From Phallusia mammillata (Eukaryota), in NCBI GenBank assembly GCA_965637545.1, contig OZ281497.1, forward strand, positions 20,708,001 to 20,772,000: a DNA stretch of 64,000 bases. The letters are read 5' to 3'. Below the pieces are notes generated by a model that did no database searches, was not told the origin of the DNA, and saw only the letters and a list, made by a program, of their open reading frames with translations. How positions within the stretch are numbered: the stretch's first letter is position 1; the number at the start of each line of letters is the position of its first letter. Below, in pieces: positions 1 through 9,969 of this stretch. Both the position numbers and the translations under genes were made by a program.

Positions 1-120
1 TCAAAACGGACAACCATTTTGAGAGCATTAGAAACTGCTATATAGTTTACCAGGAAAAGGATAAATGAGTGTGTACTGTTTAAGTGTTCCAAAATTGAGT
101 TACCAACAAATTGTACTCAC

Positions 121-2637
121 TGTGTCCCACATGACAATTTGAATGTCACGGCCAAACCAGGATCCGTTCACATGTTGACTGGCATAGAGGTTAAAGAAGT
201 CACAGAAATGATGAAACATGTTTCCACCATAATCCAACTTCATGAAAACAACAGTGCCATTGATTGTCACATCACAGCGACGGCTCTTCATTGGTTTAAA
301 AGGCAGCTGCGAAAAATTTTCCAACTCTGCATACCTGTTGCACAAACTTGCTCTTAACGGTCATTGAATCCAAATGCGAAATATTAGTATTGCTGAAACT
401 AATAAAGCCACAAAATTGATAATGGTCAAACTCTACCTTGCAAATCCCATTGTCAAAGTTTGTTTTAGAACCAACCCATTTATTACTTGCCATCATATCA
501 CAACATGGTGTCAAAGCAATTTATCATTTGGACTCTCATTGAAGTACATACATGTCTGTCATCATATATGTCTTTTATATGGGTAACTACTTTGAACAAA
601 ATCATGTATATGTTTATACTTGCCATGATTGCAGTGCACTTTTGTGTTCACTTTGTTGTTTTAACAAGTCTTTGTCAAGGTCGCATGATCCACCAATGTC
701 ACTAGGATCAAACAAATCCTCCCGATATTTGTCTCTACTGCTTTCCACACCAAGCTTTCGAAAGTTGAAATACAAGTTTCTTCCATGACAGTATCTTGTG
801 TATCTGAATAAAACTGAACACTTATTCCCAGCATAGTTTTATTTTGTAGCAAATTGCACAGATCGCACTTATGAAACACAAACATTTAGTAGTTATTCTG
901 ACTTGTAAACCTTGTTGTAACATGGAAAAAACACTGCTTTTTACCTGGAACATTGAAGCAAAGAATCTTCGTTGGTCTTTGGTTTACATATGGGAAGCTG
1001 TTCAAACTCCTTTATGCGTTCTCTGATATATCCAAAGTCCACCTAAAAAGTGTACACTAAGTATTTGGACTAGCAGCCCTCCACCTTTCACCTCTTACAA
1101 ACAGAGAAACTTCTAAACTGTGCTTCAAACTTTGAAAAAACAATCAGCCTTTTTACTTCATGAAACTTGAGTTGTATTTTGATAAAGCCATTACAGTTTA
1201 TTTTTTTATGTTTTATGTCAACAAACCGCCCCAAAACCAAGCTTTGTTGTAGCGTTAGCAATTATAAACAAACTAAAATGTATGTAAATTGTAGAGTTAA
1301 AAACAGTGTTGAACAAAAGTTTTGTGATATGGATTAAACTATCTTTGCAACCAACTTAAAAGTAACACATTTTGGTGTTGGGGCCCTAGGTTAAAAATGC
1401 TGAATTATACAATGAACCAATGCAGTGATTTTTGAAATAATAATACTTACGCCTTCCCAAAAGTTTTGCTTGAAAAACTCCGTTTGACAATGCTCAGTTT
1501 TTGATCCGAATCTTCTTTCTTCTTCACATCCCTCTTCATAACCCCAACATACATTGTCCTTTAGTGCCTGGAATTAAAAGTATATACACATGACAATAAA
1601 AAGTTTATAAAGCTCTTCTGGCAAGTATTTTTTATCTGACATTTCGAAATCGTTTATGCTCAAACGAGTGAAGGCGACCTGTATAGGACGTTGAAATGTC
1701 GGAATAAAAATACTTGCCAGAAGAGCTTTATAAACTTGATATTATGCATGGCAGCAATAGCTTATATACATGACAATAACACTTCAATTGTTTCTGGTAA
1801 AGTGACTAATTATATGCAGACTTGGACAACTAGATTTTTTTTCGGTTTTTCAAATTAGATTAGAATTAAAATTAGAGCATCTCCTTTTTTTACAAATTAG
1901 ATTAGAATTTTCTCAAAATCTAGAAATTAAACTAGAATTAGATTTAAGCCAACCAACTTTACTTTGTTTCAAATTTGAACTTGTAGATTTGCACATTTAA
2001 AACAATACGATTCGGTGCATCTAAAACGTGTTTAAACGGAGCTGAGTGCCAAATTTCACTGATAAACGTGTTTCAGTGATGTAGTTTGGTCTTGTTAATT
2101 GCATGGTTTTGTGCGCTTTGGTTAAAAAATGCATGCTCACATCACATGCCCAAAAGTGCCGTTGGACAAACTAGCGATTTTGGGAAAACTGTGAATTAGA
2201 TTAGAACTAGAATTACCGCCATTTTGTTCTAATTTGCCCAACTAGACAACTAGAATTATCTAGTTGTCCAAGTCTGATTATATGCCTCAAATAGTTGTTA
2301 ACGTGTATGTGCATCAAGAAATTGGTTGCTTTAAAATGCATAAACATGCTACCAAAAGAATTTGTGAAAATGACAGCACACAAAGCTATGCAACAGTGTT
2401 ACAAACCAGGGGTCAACATGTAATGTCATGAGAATCTAAATCACAATACAAACTGAATACTTCACTATTGCTTCCTACCATTGAACAGTTGGCATTCTCT
2501 TTGCATTCTTCTTTAAGTTTAGGGTGGTTAAGCAGCACATATGGTATGTGTTGCGGATGTAGATCCAGAAAACTTCCCCGTGCCGTGCTACACAGGCTGC
2601 ATATCACAAAAATTGACAGACACGTAAATGACACCAT
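121..2637 (-). CDS. EOGT: EGF domain-specific O-linked N-acetylglucosamine transferase, 5' five coding exons (gene continues past the left edge)
   Basis: Exons (minus) 2637-2479, 1567-1451, 1042-945, 803-624, 334-121 join in frame. Product has a signal peptide, then HIPYVLLNH, CWGYEEGC, DFGYIRER, CSRYTRYC, IGGSCDLD, KSALQSWYAEL, FMKLDYGGNMFHHFCDFFNLY and IVMWDT, all recognisable EOGT motifs. Intron 623-335 is GC-AG; the others are GT-AG. Confidence 0.95.
1601..1737. repeat. Small inverted-repeat (foldback/MITE-like) insertion in an EOGT intron
   Basis: Near-perfect ~45-bp arms at 1601-1645 and 1693-1737 (AAGTTTATAAAGCTCTTCTGGCAAGTATTTTT...). The unit is flanked by a direct repeat TATA(CA)CATGACAATAA at ~1581-1599 and ~1763-1779. 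Confidence 0.75.
1817..2276. mobile_element. Non-autonomous hAT-type MITE
   Basis: Perfect 19-bp TIR CAGACTTGGACAACTAGAT (1817-1835 / 2258-2276); exact 8-bp TSD ATTATATG (1809-1816, 2277-2284); subterminal ATTAGATTAGAA repeats. Confidence 0.92.
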
Positions 2638-3634
2638 GTTCAGACATGTTTTAAATCATGCTACTTGTTTACAATGTCCAATTTGCAGCAACTCTAAATT
2701 CAAGCAGAAGTTTAAATTTTAAGGGAAATTGTTCACAATGACAAGAATAGCATTTAAATTTATATATATATATACCATGAATAAACTATTACACATATAA
2801 AGGCAAACAATTTCACAACAAAAGTACCGTACTTATATTATACTATAATGGACAGGAAGAAAAAATAGCACTGACAGTTCTGAATGATTGGTGAATCTGC
2901 ACCAAATGGTAATTTATTGGAATATATATGATTGCAGAATTGAGGACTAGAAACTTTTTTGTACAGTTTGAAGAAACAAATGAAAGCTTTAATGAACAAA
3001 ACAAATATCTACAACAATGAACATATTTGGAACGTCACAACCAAAGAAAAACTATTTTTGTCATAAATTAAGTTAAATAGACCAGAAACAGATAATAAAC
3101 CAACAAACAAACTTTAAGTATTTATCATGGTATGTGAATATTTTTGGTTTAAAAGAATTATTAGTGTGTCTGTGTACGCAGAAAAAGTACACCAAAAATA
3201 ATAAATCTAAATACATAACAAACATCTCTATACACCTTTTACTGCTAAGCATGCAATACACTCATTGTCATCAACATTGTGTAATAATGGCAGCCATCAG
3301 TAAAGGGACCCAATTAGCAATTGCATCGTGGTAAAACATAGCTCAACGTCGCTAGACTACTGCATTTGTCACCTCTAAAAATATTGCCACTATTTGCTTG
3401 TGCAGCACCAACATAAATACCATGTTATGCAACAGAACCAATCTTTAAATCCTCCAATTACACTGAATGGATGCTAACACACAGAAAACATATCAACAGC
3501 TTACACTTGCACCCAGGTGAACAACTAAGATGATTTCTGAATAAATTGCACTTTTACACAAATAAACAATATTCTACATTAGTCCTGTGTACACATGTAG
3601 TATATGTAATCTATTTTTCACCCGAGAATGAAAG

Positions 3635-5173
3635 TCAATAAACCCAGCTTAAAGGTAACCACTGGGGGTTAGATTTCTCTGTTTGAACCGACTCATGAAT
3701 GACTCTGCTGGTTTCTTCAACAGTAGAAAATGCAACTGTAAGGTTGTACATGTGAGCGTATGTTTGAATTTCTGTATCACTGTTTTCAGATGAAGGCAAG
3801 TGGGTTTCAATGTGCACCACAAAAGGCATAAACTCCGAGTTCATGATAAATTTTAGGTTCTGCGATGCCATATTAAGGAGGCAAAACTTTTTGGACTTCA
3901 TAACATCTCGAATGGAGCCATACTTTAAGCCATGGATATGGGCATCTTTCTCTGCATGCTCAAGATACTCATTAGACCTGATGCCTACCATCATCTTTTC
4001 TTTTTTGCACACAACATAGTGCCTATCATTTTGAAGAGATTCATTGGAGCTGTGGGTGACTGGAATTTTATAAACATCTTTAAAAAGTTCAGTCATTTTC
4101 CATTTTACTTGCGATGCAACAGATTTGTCTTCTGAAACCACTACTATGACCTTACGTGGAAATTCTGGCATTCGACACACTTCTTCATACATGACCGGCG
4201 TATGTTCATCATCAAACTTGGTGTTCTGAGAAAACTTGTACATTTCACAAACTGGTTTTATAACCTGCTCAGAACGGCTTGGTTTTATCGAGCGACGTTC
4301 CTCAAACTGGGGACTGGGGATAAGTCCGGCTCTGCCTTTTGGTTCACCTGATTTATCCACAAACCGTGCTTGCCACCATTGCTTGTCCGAGCAGTCAACA
4401 ATCTGAAGAATATCCCTTTTCTTAAAAGACAAACCAGCATCTCTGCTAGGTATATCCATGTCCGCTGTTGCATCATAATCGTAGTTACACTGCACAAACA
4501 TTATCATCTCATCAGTTGGTTTGTTGTAACTTGGAACAACTTTGAGGATAAAAGATGGTGTCGGCTTGTTCAGAAACTCTTTCAGTACCTCTGGTTTTCC
4601 TTTCACAGGCTTTCCATTCACTTCTTTTATAATATCACCAACACTCAACAAGCCTTGTTTGTGAACAAGGGCACCATGTATTATCCTTGTGACTACAACT
4701 TCATGATTTACCACAGCAACCATCATCCCCAATGGTTCATTGCGAGGTTTCGATAATCCGACCATTCTTACAGCATTTTTATAGTTGGGAATCTTGATGG
4801 GTGGACTTGAAAACTGGTTGACATACTTTTGATTAATGGACCGCTGTTCAGCAATTTTGTCATGAGCTTGTAGCACACCACTAAAATGGGCTTGTTGCAA
4901 TATTCCAGTTAGCTCAGCAATAGCATTACTTTTTATTCCATGTATGTCATGAAGGATTTGTGTCACAATTTCACACGAATTGTTCTGTTCGGGATTGACC
5001 ATTTTGTTATCCAGAGTATCATGAGCTCTTGCTAGAGATTGCACCACAGGACAATCCATTAGTAGCTTCAAAAATAGCACATCATTTTTGACCTCGTTAT
5101 TCTGTCCATCGTCAAGTTTTCTCAAATTTTCAAGAACTGCTTGAATAGAAGCTTGTGTATTTTCCTGAGGCAT
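3635..5173 (-). CDS. Intronless p55-subfamily MAGUK (MPP2/MPP6/Varicose-like): L27-L27-PDZ-SH3-GK, 512 aa
   Basis: Single open ORF with L27 (FLKLLMDCPVVQSLARAHD), PDZ (VRMVGLSKPRNEPLG), SH3 (YDYDATADMDIPSRDAGLSFKKRDILQIV...WWQA, GLIPS) and a GK-like region ending QWLPLSWVY, the typical MPP2/6 C-terminus. A splice acceptor TTTTGCAG lies 60 nt upstream (exon starts at 5233). MPP2 versus MPP6 is not resolvable by eye. Confidence 0.92.
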   Translation of the reverse strand: MPQENTQASIQAVLENLRKLDDGQNNEVKNDVLFLKLLMDCPVVQSLARAHDTLDNKMVNPEQNNSCEIVTQILHDIHGIKSNAIAELTGILQQAHFSGVLQAHDKIAEQRSINQKYVNQFSSPPIKIPNYKNAVRMVGLSKPRNEPLGMMVAVVNHEVVVTRIIHGALVHKQGLLSVGDIIKEVNGKPVKGKPEVLKEFLNKPTPSFILKVVPSYNKPTDEMIMFVQCNYDYDATADMDIPSRDAGLSFKKRDILQIVDCSDKQWWQARFVDKSGEPKGRAGLIPSPQFEERRSIKPSRSEQVIKPVCEMYKFSQNTKFDDEHTPVMYEEVCRMPEFPRKVIVVVSEDKSVASQVKWKMTELFKDVYKIPVTHSSNESLQNDRHYVVCKKEKMMVGIRSNEYLEHAEKDAHIHGLKYGSIRDVMKSKKFCLLNMASQNLKFIMNSEFMPFVVHIETHLPSSENSDTEIQTYAHMYNLTVAFSTVEETSRVIHESVQTEKSNPQWLPLSWVY

Positions 5174-5592
5174 CTGTTTTACTGTAACTAACTTACATCA
5201 AAACATTGATAAGTTGATAAGCTTTCCTTGTGCCTGCAAAACATAGGAATGAGATCAACCTATAACAATTTAACCTTATTTATGACAATATGAATGAGAT
5301 CAACCTATAACGTAACGCATTTTAAACACATTGCAAAACATTATAAAGCACAACTATAAATGCAACCAAGAGGCTTGCAGTTGTTGTTTTGCCCTGATCA
5401 CTTTTAAAGCGTAGCCGCAATTGCTGCAGGAAATTTGCACACAGTGTAAACGGGTACAACAACGTACAACTGGCGCTTACACATAGGCCGTAAATGTACG
5501 TGTAAAACATACAACAATGTATTGTATTCACTTCTTTATTGCTGCTAAACTAAAACGCATACAAACGTTCCCGATCAGTTGAAAACTTTCCG

Positions 5593-5963
5593 TGACGTCA
5601 TCGTAACGCATTCGTTGTTTTTTTTCAGGTTCATCGGCCAAACGCTCAACCTGTACCTTAAATTTAATAGAAATGGGCGTATAGGCTGCCTAGGTGTAGA
5701 AAGGGTGCACAACCTGCTGACGCGGATACAGATTTTTGTTGCCGTGCACACGTATATTAAAATGTACGTATTGGCGGCAGTACATTGAATAAAACTCTTT
5801 TGATGGACATTTGAAACTGATATGAGAAGAATTGTTAAGAGTTTTGAAGGTATTTCACACCCGATTCCTCAAAACTAGTCCCATAAAATGCGATCAGATT
5901 TTTGTAAGCTCATTGTGTACGACAGTGCAAAAAACAGGCAAAACAATAATTATGGTGACGTCA
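5593..5963. promoter_or_regulatory. Putative promoter zone for MAGUK/EOGT with two CRE/ATF palindromes
   Basis: TGACGTCA at 5593-5600 and 5956-5963, just upstream of a candidate minus-strand donor (T|GTAAGC at 5480). Position and motif only; no expression evidence. Confidence 0.35.
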
Positions 5964-6469
5964 TACACAGGTAATAGTGGTCAGTAAATCGTTCAGTTTA
6001 ATGTATGTATCAAGCAAGAAGTCAAATCTGATCAGGCACAAACAGAAAAAATACTATGAAATCAATACATACGAAACAATTCTTATCAGCCGTTAGTTTG
6101 TAAGCTAAACGCTGTACACACTGTGGGTGAAATAAGAACCAGTGAACAACAGAGGTCGTGGCGCAAACACGCCACCCGGTGCACATTCTGCACATCCATG
6201 TTGAGAACCTCAACATGCTATGTTGCGAACCTCAACATGCCGGTGAACATGTTGAACATCACTGCATAAACGTATTATTGCTAAGTTTAGGTGGAGTTTT
6301 TTGCTCGCGAACCCGTCTCCCAGTGAAGGCTGTGATGTGGCCGTCAAATAGAAAAGGTTGTACATCCCTGCACTGGAACAATCACCAAGCAGGAAATGAC
6401 ACAATCGTTTTGCAGACGATGTAATATACTATCAAGATTAATGATTAATGAAAAATATATATGTATCAT

Positions 6470-6790
6470 TGTCGCGTTTATAATAAGGTGTTGTACGCGA
6501 TTTTATGAAAAATAACCTTGTGAGCTTTTCTGCTGATACCACAAAGCTGTCAGTCAGTTTCAAAGCATATATTTTCTTACACGAGGTCAACACAGCACCG
6601 TTTCCAAAACAGAACTGCCTGGCGCCACAAAAAAAACTGCAAGGTGCAGAACAAAACGTGCGCCTCAGGAAAGACACGGGCAGTCACAGGCATGCTGCCA
6701 TCAGCCACTTGTGCCGTAATCACGCACTACCAATTTGCGTACACACACAATGTAAAAAGGCACACACACAATGTAAATAAATTTGTGACA
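6470..6790 (-). repeat. 3' LTR
   Basis: TGTCGCG...TGTGACA, 321 bp; I see only one substitution versus 9489-9809 (CACAGGCATG vs CACAGTCATG). Confidence 0.96.
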
Positions 6791-6805
6791 TAACCCCCAA
6801 CCAAG
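6791..6805 (-). other. Polypurine-tract-like sequence
   Basis: Minus strand CTTGGTTGGGGGTTA directly abuts the 3' LTR. Confidence 0.65.
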
Positions 6806-6939
6806 AGAAATCTTCTTGATTTCCCATTACGTAAACAAATTTTTACAACAACAAATCACGTCAAAAAACATGTCAAGAAATATTAACGAAATCAAACGAA
6901 TATCAACGGATGACGACATTACATAATGCGCCCCAAATC

Positions 6940-7468
6940 CTATCTTCTCATAAGATAAGCCCCAACATTATTCGAACGTTTAGCCGAGTTTGATCTACGA
7001 ATACTCAATCTCAGTATCTCATCGATGTCCTTCGATCTTTCCCCCACTTTGTACGGTATTGTGTACGGCATTAACTGAACAGGTCGATTGTCCGCGAGAG
7101 TTATTCGGTGTTGACCGAAATCCGTGCCCCCCTGGTATATCGTTAAATACATTGGTATACTGTTTCACCAGTGCAACCGCCTCGTCTTTCTCAGAATAAG
7201 TGAGATTTTTAGCGTGCATTACGTCCTCTATGGTTCCCTTAGCTACACATGGATGGGCAGAAATCGTTGAAAAACAAGCAAAAGCCTGTTTTGACATGTC
7301 GCGGGTATGGCCATCTCTTGCGATGTACTTTTTGATCAAACTGATATGAAAGATGTTTGTTTTTCCACCCACATCGAGAACATAATCACTTAATCCAATT
7401 TTCTTTTGAATTACGAACGGTCCCTTCCATTGGATTAATAACTTATTGTTGTTTGTTGGCAACAACAC
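6940..7468 (-). pseudogene. Integrase C-terminal tail followed by a truncated, frameshifted RT N-terminus
   Basis: LLPTNNNKLLIQWKGPFVI (GPF module) followed by, in a shifted frame, GTDFGQHRITLADNRPVQLMPYTIP...DEILRLSIRRSNS (gypsy RT start); the sequence then breaks off. Confidence 0.85.
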
Positions 7469-7504
7469 AAGTACTTGATCACCTTCGTCAAGTCTTCCAA
7501 ACTT

Positions 7505-8809
7505 TTACTTTTCTAATGGTACCCGCGAAACAGTTTCTTTGTAAACAGCTCTCTGGCATATGTCACAAGACTTACAAAATCGCTTGACGTCGCCATTAAT
7601 TCCTGGCCAGTAAAAACTCCCAAGAATCATATCAAGGGTTTTTTTAGTGCCCATGTGACCACCCATTATAGATTCATGTGCTGTTTCCATTATTTTCGGG
7701 CGCAGCTTGACTGGCACAACAAGCTGGTAAATACACTTTCCTCTGTTAACTTTTGGATTTTGGAATTCTCGATACAACAACCCGTTGTCATTTTTAAAAC
7801 AGGTAATTTGCTTGCCTTTAACCCGTTCTTCTTTCATGCTCCACAAAGATTTCATTGAAACATCAACCTTTTGAGCGGTCTCGAAACCTTCTTTATCGAT
7901 TATCGACCATTTTCCACTCTCTTGAACCACCAAAGGATTTCTTTTTCTCTGAACAGAATGTGCCCGCGTCTTAACTGCGCAACCAACCTCCCGTATTTGA
8001 TATGGATCATCAGGACTTCTGGAGCCTGGAACATTTCCAATAATTAAATCATACAAGGTATTTGGCAAACACAGCGCATCTACTTCTCCTTTGAAGTATG
8101 GCGAATCTACAGAAATTCTTGCCATTTCTGCTTCGATTGTCCTCGAATCTAACAGCGTAACTACGCCTTTTTGGCCGTTTAGTTGACAATCTTCAACAAA
8201 CTCTTTTCTGACGATAACTCCGGTGCAGCCTGTATCACGAAGTACGTTTACAGCTTGATTGCCAATCAGCCCTTTTCGCAGAGGCAACTTTTGCGAGTTT
8301 GGCCTCTTATTTTTATCCAAGTATTTTAGCTGTGAATAGTCACCAGTCAATCGAGATATTTTATTTGTGAAAGACGTCGTACCGGCACTTCCACTCAGCT
8401 TAATTGTCCTTGAAGCAACAAACCGGGATTTACAGTCCTTTGCCGCATGTCCCGATTTACTACAAATAAAACAAGTGCGCGATGTGCGTGATTCCTCTTT
8501 CAGCTTGGGGCAAAACTTTGCCCTGTGTCCGTACTCCATGCAGTTAAAACACTGCGTGTTTGTGTCAAAAGTAGCTTGACCATCGTTCGTCAGCAAACAT
8601 GTATTGCCGTTATCGGCCAAGTTCTTGTCATGCGCAAAAAGAAACTGATCTGCCACAGTAGCCAACGCGTCTAATGTCTTGGGTGCTTGTTCATGCAAAT
8701 ATATGGAAAGTTCTTTAGAGCACGATTTAGTAAACTGTTCTTTTACAAATAAATTGCGCACTTCTTTCCATTCCGCAGAAACACCAGACATTTCAACCCA
8801 TTTTTGCAA
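7505..8809 (-). CDS. Gag C-terminus, aspartic protease and integrase zinc-binding region (truncated polyprotein)
   Basis: CFNCMEYGHRAKFC and CFICSKSGHAAKDC knuckles; VLRDTGCTGV protease; HESIMGGHMG...FYWPG...CKSCDICQ HHCC motif, then a stop where the integrase core should be. The frame is open upstream to ~8868 (RGAKPKSDENSTQF). Confidence 0.9.
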   Translation of the reverse strand: MQKWVEMSGVSAEWKEVRNLFVKEQFTKSCSKELSIYLHEQAPKTLDALATVADQFLFAHDKNLADNGNTCLLTNDGQATFDTNTQCFNCMEYGHRAKFCPKLKEESRTSRTCFICSKSGHAAKDCKSRFVASRTIKLSGSAGTTSFTNKISRLTGDYSQLKYLDKNKRPNSQKLPLRKGLIGNQAVNVLRDTGCTGVIVRKEFVEDCQLNGQKGVVTLLDSRTIEAEMARISVDSPYFKGEVDALCLPNTLYDLIIGNVPGSRSPDDPYQIREVGCAVKTRAHSVQRKRNPLVVQESGKWSIIDKEGFETAQKVDVSMKSLWSMKEERVKGKQITCFKNDNGLLYREFQNPKVNRGKCIYQLVVPVKLRPKIMETAHESIMGGHMGTKKTLDMILGSFYWPGINGDVKRFCKSCDICQRAVYKETVSRVPLEK

Positions 8810-8861
8810 ATAGTTCTGTAAACGAACTATAAACTGTGTCGAATTTTCGTCTGACTTTGGT

Positions 8862-9428
8862 TTAGCACCACGGCCTGTAAGACCTGTAACCGTCCTCGGT
8901 TAGATCGTATCTGTCTAAAAGTGCTTTCTTGAGAACATCGTAGTTGACTGCGTCAGCGTCAGATAATCTCGAATAAACTTCCAGCGCTCTACCTGTAAGA
9001 AGCGCACTGAGAGAGGTTGCCCAGTCGTTCCTGTCCCATTTGTTACTAGAAGCAAATCTTTCGTACCTGAGGATGTAACTATCGAGCTCATCTTGACCGT
9101 CCACAAACGGTGGCAGCTTCGGCACCTTTGCATGACTTGTTGTTGCGACCTCCTTGGCAGACTTCAACTCCGCAAGTTGTAAATCCATTTTCTTAAGCTC
9201 CATTCTGTGTTCACGCTCAATTTTCGCCTCGGCCATTCGCCGTTCTTCAAGCTTGCGTGTTTCATTAATTTTAATCTCTTCGAGTCTTCTTGCTTCACGT
9301 TCGTTTTCACGCCTCTCTTTGCGTTCGTCCCGATCACGTAACTGCTGGTCATTGACCCACTTGACCAATGCTTCCCCTGAAAGTCCCATTGCCTTTCCAG
9401 TTTCACTCAAAGCTTGAACTGTTGACAT
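8862..9428 (-). CDS. Gag N-terminal part, frameshifted from the rest at ~8870
   Basis: Charged coiled-coil followed by KVPKLPPFVDGQDELDSYILRYERFA...W...LSALLTGRALEVY, typical of SCAN-like gypsy gag. Confidence 0.88.
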   Translation of the reverse strand: MSTVQALSETGKAMGLSGEALVKWVNDQQLRDRDERKERRENEREARRLEEIKINETRKLEERRMAEAKIEREHRMELKKMDLQLAELKSAKEVATTSHAKVPKLPPFVDGQDELDSYILRYERFASSNKWDRNDWATSLSALLTGRALEVYSRLSDADAVNYDVLKKALLDRYDLTEDGYRSYRPWC

Positions 9429-9468
9429 TCTTCGTCTGTCGGTATAGAAAAGTTTCGTAATAAGGTTA

Positions 9469-9486
9469 ATCCCGGACGAGCCCCCA
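9469..9486 (-). other. Primer binding site complementary to the tRNA-Pro 3' end
   Basis: Minus strand TGGGGGCTCGTCCGGGAT, 2 nt after the 5' LTR; this is the classical 18-nt tRNA-Pro PBS sequence. Confidence 0.93.
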
Positions 9487-9488
9487 GA

Positions 9489-9809
9489 TGTCGCGTTTAT
9501 AATAAGGTGTTGTACGCGATTTTATGAAAAATAACCTTGTGAGCTTTTCTGCTGATACCACAAAGCTGTCAGTCAGTTTCAAAGCATATATTTTCTTACA
9601 CGAGGTCAACACAGCACCGTTTCCAAAACAGAACTGCCTGGCGCCACAAAAAAAACTGCAAGGTGCAGAACAAAACGTGCGCCTCAGGAAAGACACGGGC
9701 AGTCACAGTCATGCTGCCATCAGCCACTTGTGCCGTAATCACGCACTACCAATTTGCGTACACACACAATGTAAAAAGGCACACACACAATGTAAATAAA
9801 TTTGTGACA
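9489..9809 (-). repeat. 5' LTR
   Basis: 321-bp copy of 6470-6790 with TG...CA ends, adjacent to the PBS. Confidence 0.96.
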
Positions 9810-9858
9810 AAATGATTTGACCCTATCGATATCGACCTTGCAATTTTGTGCACTGTTT

Positions 9859-9944
9859 TATTTCCATAGCATGTAAGCGATTGCCACCTAGCGATAAACT
9901 ATATTTCCATGGCATGTAAGCGATTGCCACCTAGCGATAAACTA
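9859..9944. repeat. 43-bp tandem duplication
   Basis: TATTTCCATAGCATGTAAGCGATTGCCACCTAGCGATAAACTA twice, with one mismatch. Confidence 0.9.
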
Positions 9945-9969
9945 AAGGCAATGGCTGCTAGTGCAACTG

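Larger units (their letters stand above)
6470..9809 (-). mobile_element. Internally deleted Ty3/gypsy LTR retrotransposon, Gmr1-type domain order (gag-PR-IN-RT)
   Basis: Two 321-bp TG...CA LTRs, a PBS, a PPT, gag with two CCHC knuckles, a protease DTG motif, then the integrase HHCC region and GPF tail before the RT N-terminus. The integrase core and most of RT/RNaseH are absent. Confidence 0.95.

Noticed and set aside
6438-6780. Duplicated small ORFs (also 9466-9799) as a gene pair
   Set aside because: They lie inside the two LTRs; the identity reflects LTR duplication.
8855-8900. Programmed ribosomal frameshift in gag
   Set aside because: No slippery heptamer or obvious downstream structure, and it falls mid-gag; a mutation is more likely.
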